From: Octopus sinensis
Taxonomy: Eukaryota
Direction: 5' to 3'
Assembly (NCBI RefSeq): GCF_006345805.1
Contig: NC_043002.1
Coordinates: 101,556,001 to 101,620,000, forward strand
DNA length: 64,000 nt
Position numbers and translations under genes: made by a program. The notes beneath the pieces were generated by a model. It worked only from the letters and a program-made list of their open reading frames with translations, was not told the origin of the DNA and made no database searches. Below, piece by piece: positions 1 to 13,296 of the stretch. Every line of letters starts with the position of its first letter. Positions within the stretch are counted from its first letter, which is position 1.

Positions 1-1295
1 CATATGATCTAATCGTCGATAGACAGAAGTCTCCAAGCAGAACCAACACTTCTTGATGACAGATTGTATCCTGAAATTGTAGTACCAAGTTAAAATTACA
101 CTAATTTTAAATTAACGATCTTATCCTTATTTATATAAAGATGTTTGTATTTAGTTAGCTAGATCGATACATATATACATACCATATATAAGTTGAACGT
201 ATATATGCCTGCAAATATTTTTATATACATAGACTTACCAACTCCAACATGCTTGCTCACTGGAATAAGCCTTTCAAGTCATAAGCACACATACACGCAT
301 ACACACATACATACATGCATAAGTCTTGCGGTGTAATAATCTCCACAAAGTAGTCCTTAATGTGCACGATCTGCATTACGAGGAATTCTCGTTTGAGAAG
401 AGAATATGTTTTACATTCTGACTCTTCTGAACCCATTTTGGCAAATAAAACTAAATCACTCGCGATCCCTTTTTTTTTTAAGTATTAGAAGTAACAGAGT
501 GCACTAAGCATAGGATGTTTTTCTCGGGGTCATATACATCAGTTCTTCTTTGTAGTTAAAATTACATCATTTCATTCGGAACGCTGGAGGATCACCACGC
601 ACAGTGTTTCGATATAATTTGGTCTTTTTAGCGACGAATACCGAAGATGGTTCCGGTATTCACCACTGCTTAAATCGGAAGATTTCTTTATTATTCAAGT
701 CACGGTTTTCGATTTCGTTGCTGTCAAGTACAGCAACAAATATAAGAATTAGCAATCAATGAAATTCCGCGGTTATTCTTCATCATCAACAACGTATCAA
801 AAGACTATTTAGATATTTAATTAGATTCTTCATTAGAGCAAAGAAATACTTCAGTCATGGTCAGTTGCTAATCCTCAAAGATAAAATGTTACTTATATGT
901 ATGGGACAGTGCTGTTGCTGTATACACACGTAAATGAGATTAAATTGAAAAGAAAGCCTACAGTGTGATTGCTTTAAATGTCAAGTCACGAACACACAGC
1001 AACAATTGGTCTACAAGCCGTTTTTAATGGCATAAAAAGCAGATGTTTTCCCCGCTTAAAAATTTATAAAATCAGCCTGAGTCCCATAAATGGCGTTGGG
1101 CTGCATGTATGCTAATGTTGTGCCTGACACTCACTACTATAGGCTAATTTTAATCCTGATGATCCCTTCTACCTGGCCCGACACTTTAATATTATACTTC
1201 TCCTAAATATTGACCGCTAAGATTGCGGTGCCCGTGCTTATTTTATGCTATGAAATACGGCAAGTGCCGTCTCTTGAGTTATATAGTTATTAAAA

Positions 1296-1757
1296 AGATC
1301 TCGGATCTTTTCGGTTTGAACGGCAGTTTTTTCTAGCGGTGTCATATGAAATTGTCACCCATAATTATGACCCTAGTATCGATCTATTGCATTTCAATCT
1401 ATTTTAGGGTTAGGGTTAGTTAGGGTTAGGGGTGGGGGGAAGGGTATCTTTTTTTCTTCACAAATGTAAATAAACCCAATCTGTTTCTTAAACGAGGGAC
1501 ATATTCATACGGCAGAGAATGTTGTTTACCTCAATGGACGTCATTGATTGGTTGAAATTGCAGAAATTGAAGAAATTGAAGAAATTGAAGAAAAAACAAC
1601 AACCCATATCTTACAAACTATAGAATTTTCTCAATAAAGCGAAAGAAAAAGATGTTTTATAAATACAACATTCTACCAGTATACGAAGTTTAAAATTTTT
1701 TAGTTACGTAGAAATTATGTTAAAAACTGTCTTTCAAACCGAAAGGATCCAAGATCT
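1296..1757. mobile_element. MITE-like non-autonomous DNA element with ~36-bp terminal inverted repeats
   Basis: Left end agatctcggatcttttcggtttgaacggcagttttt (from 1296) matches the reverse complement of the right end (1722-1757) with 4 mismatches in 36 nt. No coding capacity. Internal TTAGGG-like tract (~1404-1440) and gaaattgaa 9-mer repeats (~1553-1592). No TSD identified. Confidence 0.8.
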
Positions 1758-1921
1758 CTTCTCCTCTGGGTCAGCTTTCGTTACGTTTTCTTCACCCAGA
1801 AGAAAAGGCACCATGCGTGTTTCTTTTTATCGGTGTTCTATCGTGTCTCAACTGCAACAGATAATTATTTCTGCCAATCCTGAATCAAAGAAAACTGCAC
1901 AACATCATTCCGTAATGCATC

Positions 1922-2450
1922 AGCTGGCTGGTTGGTTGGTCGATGGGTCGGCTGACTGGTTGGTTGGATGGTTGGTTGACTGGTTGGTTGGTTCGACGGC
2001 TGGTTGGCTGGTTGGCTGGTTGGTTGGTCGGTGGGTCGGTCGGTTGGTTGGTTGGTTGGTTGGTTGGTTGGTTGGTTGGTTGGTTGGATGGTTGGTTGGA
2101 TGGTTGGTTGGTTGGACGGTTGGTTAGCTGGTTGGCTGGTTGGTTGGTCGGTGGATCGGCTAGTTGGTTGGTTGCCGGTTGGTTGGCTGGTTGGTTGGTT
2201 GGTCAGTGGGTCAGCTGGTTGGCTGGTTGGTCGGTGGGGCGGCTGGTTGGTTGGTTGGTCGGTGGGTCGGCTGGTTGGTTGGTTGGTCGGTTGGTTGGCT
2301 GGTTGGTTGGTCAGTGGGTCGGCTGGTTGGCTGGTTGGTCGGTGGATCGGCTGGCTGGTTGGTAGGCCGGTTGGTTGGCTGTTTGATTGGTCAGTGGGTC
2401 GGCTGGCTGGTTGGTTGGCCGGTTCGTTGGCTGGTTGGTTAGTCGGTCGG
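1922..2450. repeat. (GGTT/GGCT/GGTC)n tetranucleotide array
   Basis: Direct reading; explains the six overlapping W/L/V/G or Q/P/T/N ORFs. Confidence 0.95.
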
Positions 2451-2819
2451 TGAATCGATCTGTCCATGCTTTCTCACAAATATATATGGAACTGCAGACT
2501 TGCATTCTGAACGTTGTACGCTAATCGCACCGCTGTGGTATTGCATAAAATGTAAATAACACAAACACTCCAACATTATAGAAACCAAAAAATTACGGCT
2601 TCATAAAAAAACAGACAAATATCCGCCTGTAAGTGGATATTTGACAGAACTAAGATGAAGTTCTGGACGGATAGATTGAAGTGAACAATCTACAAGCTTC
2701 CTTTCTGGATCTTTCATTATCAATAACAATAGGAATAACTTCATTGAATATCCTGTGGGAAATGAACGAGGATATAGATGTTGTCGCAGCCCAAACAGAA
2801 GAAATAATACATCAATGTC

Positions 2820-3074
2820 CATATATATATATAATATATATATATATATAATATATATATATATACATATATAGACATATATATACATATATACATATAC
2901 ATATATAGACATATATATACATATATAGACATATATATATATACATATATGTATATACATATATATATATATATGTATATACATATATATATATATGTTA
3001 TATATATATATACATATATGTATATACATATATATATATATATATATATGTATGTACGTATATATATATATATG

Positions 3075-3150
<76 letters not shown>
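2820..3150. repeat. (TA)n / (TATACA)n microsatellite
   Basis: Direct reading. Confidence 0.95.
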
Positions 3151-3154
<4 letters not shown>

Positions 3155-3578
3155 GCAATTAAAATAGCATTTTTAAAATCACTCGGTTTAGTATCAAATG
3201 GAAAATACTCACAGACAACAACCATACTACGGGAATAACAAAACCCACCAATTTTGAACAAACGAATCCTATCACATGCTAACATTCATGAGCCAAATCG
3301 GCAACCGATTTGGTCTCTAAATGCAAGGACAAAATCTTACAGACACGAAAATACTTCAAGCGAAAAATCTTTTTATAACGGCTAAACTTTTCAATACTTT
3401 TCTAACCCCTTTTCTTGTATCATCACCATGATATAAATTTTTTTTAAAAATCACTCTTACAGCTTTACACTTTCACAGAAGCAAGTACTTCAGGAATTAT
3501 CTCAAAGTCTACTTGTCTCCAACTACAACCCTTGCAATAGATGTTCGTACATAACCACATAAATCTACGTAAACATAT

Positions 3579-3903
3579 TGTGAGGGCGCGTGGCTTAGTG
3601 GTTAGGGCATTCGGCTCATGATCGTAAGGTTGTGAGTTCGATTCCCGGCGACGCGTTGTGTCCTTGAGCAAGACACTTTATTTCACGTTGCTCCAGTCCA
3701 CTCAGCTGGCAAAAATGAGTTGTACTTGTATTTCAAAGGGTCAGCCTTGTCACTCTCTGTGTCACGCTGATTATCCCGAGAACTACGTTAGGGTACACGT
3801 GTCTGTGGAATGCTCAGCCATTTGCACGTTAATTTCACGAGCAAGCTGTTCCGTTGATCGTATCAGCTGGGACCCTCGTCGTCGTAACCGGCGGAGTCTT
3901 TTA
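3579..3903 (+). mobile_element. tRNA-derived SINE (family A) with 12-bp TSD
   Basis: A box tggcttagtgg, B box gagttcgattcc, CORE-like gtccttgagcaagacactt. TSD acgtaaacatat at 3567-3578 and 3904-3915. Confidence 0.9.
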
Positions 3904-4230
3904 ACGTAAACATATCTAAACTCGACTCTTGTATGCTAGTGTTGTGTGGACGCCCCCAGACGATGAAGTAGACTAGCCCAACACGTAGATATATAGAGGG
4001 AGAAGTATAGACGTCACGGGTAGGTAGAGAGTCGAGCTGAGTAGAAGTCATCCCAACGTTCGATATAACAGTGGCAACGAGGATTGCGTAGCTCACACAA
4101 CCACTGTGTAGTATTGCGACATAACAGCAAACAAAGGGAAAGAACGTTTTGTTTAATCTGCTTTGTTAATTATAGTATATTTTTGTTGCCATTATATCCC
4201 TGAATATATACTCCCCACTTTAGCTTATAT

Positions 4231-4640
4231 GTACTCTGTTACTCTTTTACTTGTTTCAGTCATTTGACTGCAGCCATGCTGGAGCACCGCCTTTAGTCGA
4301 GCAAATCGACCCCAGGACTTATTCTTTGTAAGCCCAGTACTTATTCTATCGGTCTCTTTTGCCGAACCGCTAGGTGACGGGGACGTAAACACACCAGCAT
4401 CGGTTGTCAAGCAATGCTAGGCGTCAAACACAGACACACAAACACACACATACACACATATATATATATATATACACATATATACGACAGGCTTCTTTCA
4501 GTTTCCGTCTACCAAATCCACTCACAAGGCATTGGTCAGCTCGGGGCTATAACAGAAGACACTTGCCCAAGATGTCACGCAGTGGAACTGAACCCGGAAC
4601 CATGTGGTTGGTTAGCAAGCTACTTACCACACAGCCACTC
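4231..4640 (-). mobile_element. tRNA/CORE-like SINE (family C) with internal (TA)n(TG)n
   Basis: Reverse complement matches copies at 24441, 37327, 46105 and 55341; gagtaaaa-type tail. Confidence 0.9.
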
Positions 4641-4805
4641 ACAGAATTTAAAGAAAGTTTATAAACAAACACAACACTATCCCTCACCATTCAGTATAAA
4701 TCGATTAGTGATCATCAGGAGGGATTTTAAGCATAAGAAATCTAAAATGTATGATGGCATTAGATCGGCTATTTGAGGTCAAGTTATACTAATTAAAATA
4801 TATAT

Positions 4806-5100
4806 CTTCTGCTTCAGTCATTGGACTGTGTCCATGCTGGGGCACCAACCTTAAGTGTTTATTCGAGCAAATCGACCGCAGCACTTTTCCTTCTCTTGTT
4901 GCTGAGCCATTAAGTTACGGAACGTAAACAAACCAACACACACACACACATCTATATACGCGACGGGTTTCTTTTAATTTCCGCCTACTAATTCGTTACA
5001 CAAGTCTTTAGACAGCTGTGGACCATAGAATATACTTGTCCAAGGAAACACGTAGTTGGACGGAATGTAAGACCTTGCTCTTTACCAGAGAGCCATGCCT
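4806..5100 (-). mobile_element. Diverged family C SINE
   Basis: Degenerate matches to cagtcatttgactgcggccatgctggagcacc, gagcaaatcgacc, taagttacgg and cttgcccaagg blocks. Confidence 0.7.
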
Positions 5101-7054
5101 GAAAATACAATGTGTATGTATAAACATACACACGCGCATACACATACATGCATATATATTATGAATACAAAAAGACACTACGACGATATATTACTATATT
5201 AAGATATATTAAACGCATTATTGTGAAAGTGGCTCGCTAGCAATTAAAAAACCAAAACGGAAATAATAAAGTAAGGGTGCAAAATAGCACCAACGATTGC
5301 TAAAAATAACAGTCAAAAACTTAACACTGAAAGCCACAAAAAATCCTATCTTCATTATATTTACGGGACGCGGGAACAGCATTTCTAAAGTCCGTTATGA
5401 AATTGAACCTAGGATCACTCTAAGGTTCGTATTTAGAATCATAAATGCTAGGTACTAAACTAGCTCAGAATATATTTCATTCATTGGCCTTAAGGGAAAT
5501 AAGTATGAATAAATTTCACTGATAATTTACAAATATAAAATACACAGAATTTACTTGTAAGCAGCAGTAAACAATATGGTAGATTACTTCCACCCATGGT
5601 GAAATCAGAATTTTTTACTGTACAGCACAATCTTATATCTAAACGTCGATAACTTCCTCCTAGGTATATAAATAGTATTCGATATGGGAAGTGTTACAGT
5701 CGAAGGATTTAAGTCCCAAGCGAGTCGACTCACTTACGAAATAGGTAACTAATGGTAAAAATTAGAATGTCCAGGATAGATATTATTAAAAATAATATCA
5801 AGGACAGTTCGAGAATATAAGGCAAATTACTTAATGCATTAATATTGTCCATAAAATCTCCAATCTACGTGATATTTACATATTCAAATATTTTTTTGTC
5901 AGGCAATATTTGAATATTTTTTTCTGTGATAGTACGCAATAATTCAGGGCTAATTCTTGGTTATTGTTTAACAATTAGTATTTTGACATGAATTGCAATT
6001 GTTACTTCCGATTAATAAGGATTTATCCCGGCTGCAATTTCCTATTTCATATCAAATTTAGTATCTCTGTCATTCAGTGACCTAACAAACACACTTAAGC
6101 TCGTATTCTCTATTTCCTTTCTATTTTGAAGGAAGCTAGGTGATTACCTAACCTCACCTTCAAGTGGGGGTAGTTGAGCATTCCCCTATATAATAGTATG
6201 AAATCCCACCTAAATAACCTTACATCTACAAACTATATTCTTCCTCAAACACTGTGTTGAGAGAACACATTATCTTGCTTCAGCTACAAGGAGGTTTAGT
6301 GATATTAGCTCTGATCTCCATTAATGGGTTTCTCCTCCATATCTCTTCCTCATGATCTTCTTGCATTTTCATGTAGGCTACACTCCTGAATTCGCAATTT
6401 TACTTGTCTAAAATTAATTATTGTTGATTGCTTTGTGTTTAGTATTGTATCGGCTGACATCCTTTCCCTGCTGACCTCCAGAAGTCTATATATTCCACTG
6501 ACGTCAAGTACGGTATCTTTCGAAGTCCCTCCAGATTCACTATTTATCATTTACGCTCGTTGTTCTTGTTTGTTATCATTAAGATTTTTATTTTTTTAGT
6601 CCGATTTACAAGATTTGTATTATGGAGTGCAGATATTCTCCTAATATTATACACCGCGATAATTTGGGCAAAGTTTTTGTTTGTGGAAAATGCAAATGGA
6701 ATCGGGAACCGATTGAAGATCCTATAGTATTTATTCGATTTCTTAGAAAGCTCCTAAAAATTTTGTGGGAATGATAGAGTCTATTTGCCAACCGAAAACC
6801 GTACGACAGCATAAACCTCGATTTATCTATTCTTCCATGGGAGTCATTAATTGGTTTATTTTAAAGAAAATTCTCTGATTTTTAGGTGTGGCTACCCATT
6901 ATTTTTCGATGGCACCTGTGTATATCAGTGTCGCTCGATATATTCTTTCCATGAAGAAGGGTTGCTCATATTCTGGTGCATGTCTTAGTATGTCTTAGAT
7001 TACCAGTTTGGCTAAGGAGTTCACTTGCATTTTCGTTATCGTGCTTGCCTATAT

Positions 7055-7289
7055 TAAGGCGGCGAGCTGGCAGAGACGTTAGCACGCCGGGCGAAATGCT
7101 GAGCGGTATTTCGTCTGCCGTTACGTTGTGAGTTCAAATTCCGCCGAAGTCGACTTTGCCTTTCTTCCATTCGGGGTCGATAAATAAATTACCAGTTTCA
7201 CACTGGGGTCGATGTAATCGACTTAATCCCTTTGTCTGTCATTGTTTGTCCCTTCTATGTTTAGCCCCTTGTGGGCAATAAAAGAAATA
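7055..7289 (+). mobile_element. tRNA-derived SINE (family B), full length, 18-bp TSD
   Basis: Head ggcggcgagctggcaga, B box gagttcaaattcc, central ctttgcc..cttc..tcggggtcgataa. TSD tatcgtgcttgcctatat at 7037-7054 and 7290-7307. Confidence 0.93.
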
Positions 7290-7916
7290 TATCGTGCTTG
7301 CCTATATCAGTATTGTCTATGTTGTTATCACGACCCATTACGCGATATTTACATTATAGAAGTTCCGAACGCTGCGAGCGGAGTTCAAATTTCCATTATG
7401 AACGGTTGCCCCCCCCCCATTATTTACACTAGTTTTGTTATCATTAACAGCTATGTTCAGGACCCTATTTCTATTCCTCCATTAGGTTCCAATGAATATA
7501 TATTTACCTATACCTATATCCTGCTTCTGCTAACGCATTATTATATTTTTCATTCTTCCTAAACATGTCCTTATTCGCGGATTACACTTCAGTTCCCTTC
7601 GAACTTTATTAGTGTGAACACGTTAAATAAAATTGAATGTTTATAACGGAAATGACATCTCGATGCAGACAAACAGGATGGAAATAAAAACAACATTACG
7701 TGATATCCATGCAGTAGAAGAAACACATGTCGAACAGAAATTTTAATTTAATATGTTGTATAAATGACTGGAATAATAAAAACTGTGGACACATAACCAT
7801 TCTAATTCGTTTGCTTCGTGTAAGTACATTAGAATCTTCAATCGGCATACGGTTCGATTTGTATTTTCCCGTAGCAAAAACTTAGCCCAAATTATCGAGG
7901 TACATCTATACTCTAC

Positions 7917-7917
<1 letters not shown>

Positions 7918-7966
<49 letters not shown>

Positions 7967-7979
7967 CACACACACGCAA

Positions 7980-8010
<31 letters not shown>
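7918..8010. repeat. (TC)n(CA)n compound microsatellite
   Basis: Direct reading. Confidence 0.95.
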
Positions 8011-8012
<2 letters not shown>

Positions 8013-8097
8013 ACATCAAGTACAGGATATTACCAAGGAGTGGAAGATACATAAACACAGGAGAGATAAGTACAGGACAAAATACCATTAAAAAAAT

Positions 8098-8221
8098 ATT
8101 TCTTTACTGCCCACAAGGGGCTAAACATAGAGGGGACAAACAAGGACAGACAAACGGATTAAGTCGATTACATCGACCCCAGTGCGAAACTGGTACTTTA
8201 TTTATCGACCCCGAAAGGATG
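8098..8221 (-). mobile_element. 5'-truncated family B SINE
   Basis: Reverse complement of the family B 3' half. Confidence 0.88.
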
Positions 8222-8334
8222 ATGCCACAAAAATATATAATAAGAACAGGATATCCACCAACGAGTGAAAAATAGGGAAGCATATAAGGGACAAAATACC
8301 AAAAGAAGTCTAACCACTTCTCAGTTGTCTACTT

Positions 8335-8760
8335 TCGTCGTTGAAAGCAGAACACACGTGTAGTTGATCTCCGGGAACAGATCTCCATTGATGCTGACTG
8401 CGGAGCCCAGGTAGATGAAGGAGCTGACAAACTCCATTAGGTCGAGGCCAATACCTATCCGTCGCATGTGCTGGTACGGATATATTCTAGTCTCCTACTA
8501 TATCGTCCTACAAGGGCTTTACTTTCATTCGACGCAGCTGTGAGCTGGAAGAGATCCCGTGCAAGGCTTCACACCAGATGTTTGGACATGATTGAAGAAC
8601 AGCTCCAGAAGTTTGATGTCACCTTGGAGGATGTAGATGGCCTGACACGGGAGCGCCAGCGATGGAGAGCACTGGTGGACATGGACATCTCTACGCATGA
8701 TGACGCTCCTGGCACCACTAATTTGGAATGACCCCGCTCTGTCAAGATAGAGCATGATGA
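8335..8760 (+). mobile_element. RTE-clade LINE 3' fragment with inverted 5' segment
   Basis: Plus 8466-8731 translates CWYGYIL then WKRSRARLHTRCLDMIEEQL...RERQRWRALV (RTE C-terminus). Minus ~8335-8465 translates EFVSSFIYLGSAVSINGDLFPEIN (RT thumb YLG motif). Confidence 0.8.
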
Positions 8761-8883
8761 AGCACGATTTATTCGCGATCAGAGGCGTTCGTAAACCGAG
8801 GTACTACTGTAATAAAGGAATATGAGAAAGGACAGGAGGTAAATTACGATCTATTCGTTAACAGACTTCTTCGAAAACGAAGT

Positions 8884-8954
<71 letters not shown>

Positions 8955-9039
8955 AATATATATATATATATTAATATATATATATATATATTGTATATTA
9001 TATATATATAAATTCATACTACATATACACATATACGTA

Positions 9040-9393
9040 CACGCACACGTCCAGACCACCAGCCCACTTTCACACGCACACTACATACTCTCTTATACAC
9101 ACACGCACCTTTGTGTTGGGGGTCATCTTTACTTTGTTATCTCCCCTACTTCTTCGCACTCTTGTGTGACTCTTCTGTCCGGCAGTCAGTCGCCATGATA
9201 AATCGTTATCCACTACACACAATTTTTATCTCCTTGTTTCTCTCCTTGTTTTTTTTCTGTGTCCCATACTGTAGAAGAGCGTAGACTCGAAACGTAAAAG
9301 ACTTTTTCAATTCCTGAACGTTATACTAATACATCTGTTTGTTTTGTACACCACCTGCCTTCATCTTTTGTTTTTTCGTAAACTCTCCCTATG

Positions 9394-9395
<2 letters not shown>
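9040..9395 (+). mobile_element. Putative Penelope-like pseudo-LTR / non-autonomous repeat embedded in (TA)n
   Basis: ctgtaga-a-gagcgtagactc-gaaacgt (9269-9295) fits the CTGANGA-A-stem II-GAAACGT minimal hammerhead layout typical of Penelope-like elements; (TA)n on both sides. Confidence 0.55.
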
Positions 9396-9460
<65 letters not shown>

Positions 9461-10252
9461 CGTCAGTTGTTTCCTAAATACGAAAAAGAAGCACGCACTA
9501 AAGCATAGATCAATTCTATATTCATATGCAGTTAAGAATATGTGTCCAGTCATAGAGCGACCAATAGTTTTGCATCCATGAGGCTATTAGTCCTATGGAT
9601 GACTCGTCAGGCCCTAATGGTAGAGAGCATATACCTATTCACACTGGAGGTAGAAATTCGTTTCGGTCGGTTAATTAGTAAACAAAGAATGAAACATGTA
9701 GGTCGGCGTCAGCGACTGTGACCCACAAGAAAATATATATTTCAGCACAATTTTGCAGTTTGTTTGCATTATTTCTTTTAGTTTGCTGCAAACAGGGAGA
9801 GTTTATATAGTCTAGAAGAAATATATATACTATTTTGAGGATTTATCCCCATATTTCAATTAGTCAAAAAATACAGAGTTTGTAAAAAGAGTAATATGCT
9901 TAACAGGAGAAAGAGGGCAAAAAGGGAGAGAATTCTGTAGGAAAATAAACAAAAGACAAAAGTATTAAAACAGAATACTGCAACATAATGGAGTTTTAGT
10001 GAAAATTGTTGAAAAGCGTCTCCAATGAGTCATGCCAAGAAAAAAATCGAAGGAAACACATTGTACACACACACACACACAAACACACACACATATAGAT
10101 ACATGGATACACTTGTATACATTTACACACAGAAACACATACATGTGGGTATGTGAGTGTGTGCGTGCGTGATAGAGAAATAGAGAAGAAAATGGAAAGA
10201 AATAAAGATACAGGGAACTAGAGAGAGAGAGAGAGAGAGAGAGGGGGGAGGA

Positions 10253-10295
<43 letters not shown>

Positions 10296-10549
10296 TAAAG
10301 AAACGTGTAGACCACTTCGAGATTATATATTATCTATGTAGAGTTTGTGTTTAATAGATGATAAGAAAAGGAAAAGTTGAAAAAATTACAAACAGAAAAA
10401 CAGAGAACGTTAAATGTATTTAAAGCGAAATACATGTAGGATATATGTCTATAGATTTTTATTGAAAAGATTGATAGAAAAGTGTTTTAAAGAATTTTCT
10501 GAAAAGAAACCCAATGCAAACAGACATACGCTCGTAATTGTGTATCCTC

Positions 10550-10550
10550 C

Positions 10551-10628
<78 letters not shown>

Positions 10629-10747
10629 CTGTCGATGTATGTATATGTAATAATATGTGTATATACACATGCATATGCATATACACATACACACATACAC
10701 ACATATATATATATACACATGAATATATATATATATATGTATATGTT

Positions 10748-10804
<57 letters not shown>

Positions 10805-10815
10805 GTATATATATT
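10550..10815. repeat. (TA)n/(CA)n compound microsatellite
   Basis: Direct reading; similar tracts at 11590-11910, 12290-12500, 13050-13330, 15690-15810, 26420-26615, 26880-27000, 31185-31480, 36190-36320, 49385-49575, 52855-53215 and 63370-63608. Confidence 0.95.
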
Positions 10816-10966
10816 TAAATGGCGGTGCCCTAGCATGGACACAGCTCTGAGCTGAAACTAAGAAAGAATATATATATATGTGTGTGTGTCTCTATAAATA
10901 TATATGTAATATACATACACATAATACATACATATATACATACATATATACATACATACATATATG

Positions 10967-11016
<50 letters not shown>

Positions 11017-11599
11017 AGGGGATACATCGAAGTCACTCTCAACTAATGTCAAAATGTTAAATTTATGGAAACAGAGATGCGCACGCTTATACATACATAC
11101 GTGCACGTTTATATACTTATATAGATATAGATATATAAGTATATGTGTAAGTACAAGCATACACACTTACTACACAAGTGAATTCTACATATATATACGT
11201 GAGTGTGAGTGCTTGTGAGCACGCATATACGCATATACGTTTATATAGAGAGCTACACGAAAATATATAGACGCACACAAGCTACGAATAGAGGAAGCGA
11301 AGCAGAAGAGTGGAAGATTATATGTGAAAACAGTGTTTTGTTGTAAGACTAAAGACTAGGTCATTAGGTAGTCACATAACCGTCATATAAAATAACCACA
11401 GGGCTTTTTCATTTCAGCATTTGTGTTTGTATTCTTAATTGAGCGAGGTTATAGGAAAATATATTCGCGGTCAATTAGTTAGTAATTGCCACTAAAACAA
11501 ACCTCTGTGATAAAACCGCAATACAAGGACCCCCACCACACACACACACACACATACCGATAAGGATACAAACATTGTGCGCTCCTGCGTTTATAAACC

Positions 11600-11678
<79 letters not shown>

Positions 11679-11788
11679 GTATATATATCTATGTATAGAC
11701 GTATATATCTATCTATGTATATATGTGTGTGTATAAGTGCACACGTATATACATATATATATATATATATATTCATACATACATATAT

Positions 11789-11911
<123 letters not shown>

Positions 11912-12442
11912 CACCAACATTATATGATGGAAGAAATAAATGTCATTGCACAAGGCTAGGTATAACGGTAATCGTTTTAGCACACTATATATTGGCAAAC
12001 TATTTGATTGCAGTACATAAAAAAAAAAACAGAGAGAGAAGAAGGGAAAGACAAAATCGAATGAATGTAGTTTAGACAAGCTATATAAGTTTTATAGGTT
12101 TCAGTCGAGGTTCCGAACGAATTGGGACAGACAGTTTTTAGTTAGTCACATTTGCAGAGCTTAAGTGGTGCCGGGATGGTAACAGGATAACTGCGTCTGA
12201 TATAGTATCATATAATGTTTCCGAAGTTATATACGATATGATTGTGGGGGAAACGTGTTTATATGTATGTTTGTACGTTCGTATCTATGTACGTACGCAT
12301 GTATGTATGTATTTATGTATGTATGTATGTATGTATGTATGTATGTATGTATGTATGTATATGCATATATATATATATATAACGAAAAGAATTGCTGCGT
12401 TGAAGGTGTTTATAAGCCATTTAAAAAACACCTTTGTGTTTG

Positions 12443-12487
<45 letters not shown>

Positions 12488-13137
12488 TTGTGTGTGTGTG
12501 GTTGTGTAGGTGTGTGTGTGTATATATAATTTTACTCGAATACTCACACACTCATCCATAAATCCAGTCATACACTCAACCAAATACATATTGACCTGAA
12601 TATGTTTAAACCCCAATATATCTGTATGTATAATTTTATTAATAATATATGCATGTATATATATATACACATAAATATATACACACACACAGACACAGAT
12701 ATATATATATATATATATTACATACATATGAGTGAGTATATAATTTTATACATGCACATATATATCTATAAATGTAAATCTATATTTACGTAGATATGTG
12801 CGTTTGTGTATGTTTGGGATCAACATTTTATGTGCGAGTGTGCCCATGTACGTGTGTATGTGAATGAAAGGACTGGGGCGTAGTCGGCGGTGGTAGCTCC
12901 ATTTGGGAAAGAAATCGAAAGTCATACAAACATTCTACTTAAATGTTGTTTAGTTGTAATCGGAAAACAAGTGGCAATAAAAAGATTTCGTCCTTGTCGT
13001 ACGTCGTTTTTAACAGCTTCAAACATACGTACAGATGCTTACAAGCACACACATACATGCATATATATTTATAAACATGTATGTATTTATACATATATTG
13101 CATATATATATATTCATATACAATATATATATATACA

Positions 13138-13169
<32 letters not shown>

Positions 13170-13249
13170 AATTACACATATATATACACCTATATATACA
13201 TATACATATATATATATAATACACATATATGTTATATATATATTGAAAC

Positions 13250-13296
<47 letters not shown>

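Noticed and set aside
3293-3313. 9-bp hairpin ccaaatcgg-caa-ccgatttgg, and similar short hairpins at ~637, ~2615 and ~59128
   Set aside because: Stems of 8-11 bp are expected by chance in 64 kb, and no supporting termini were found.
3583-3655. Bona fide tRNA gene
   Set aside because: No proper acceptor stem or T-run terminator; it continues into a SINE body and is bounded by a TSD.
5500-7030. Possible ancient retroelement coding remnant on the minus strand
   Set aside because: No motif could be matched with confidence.
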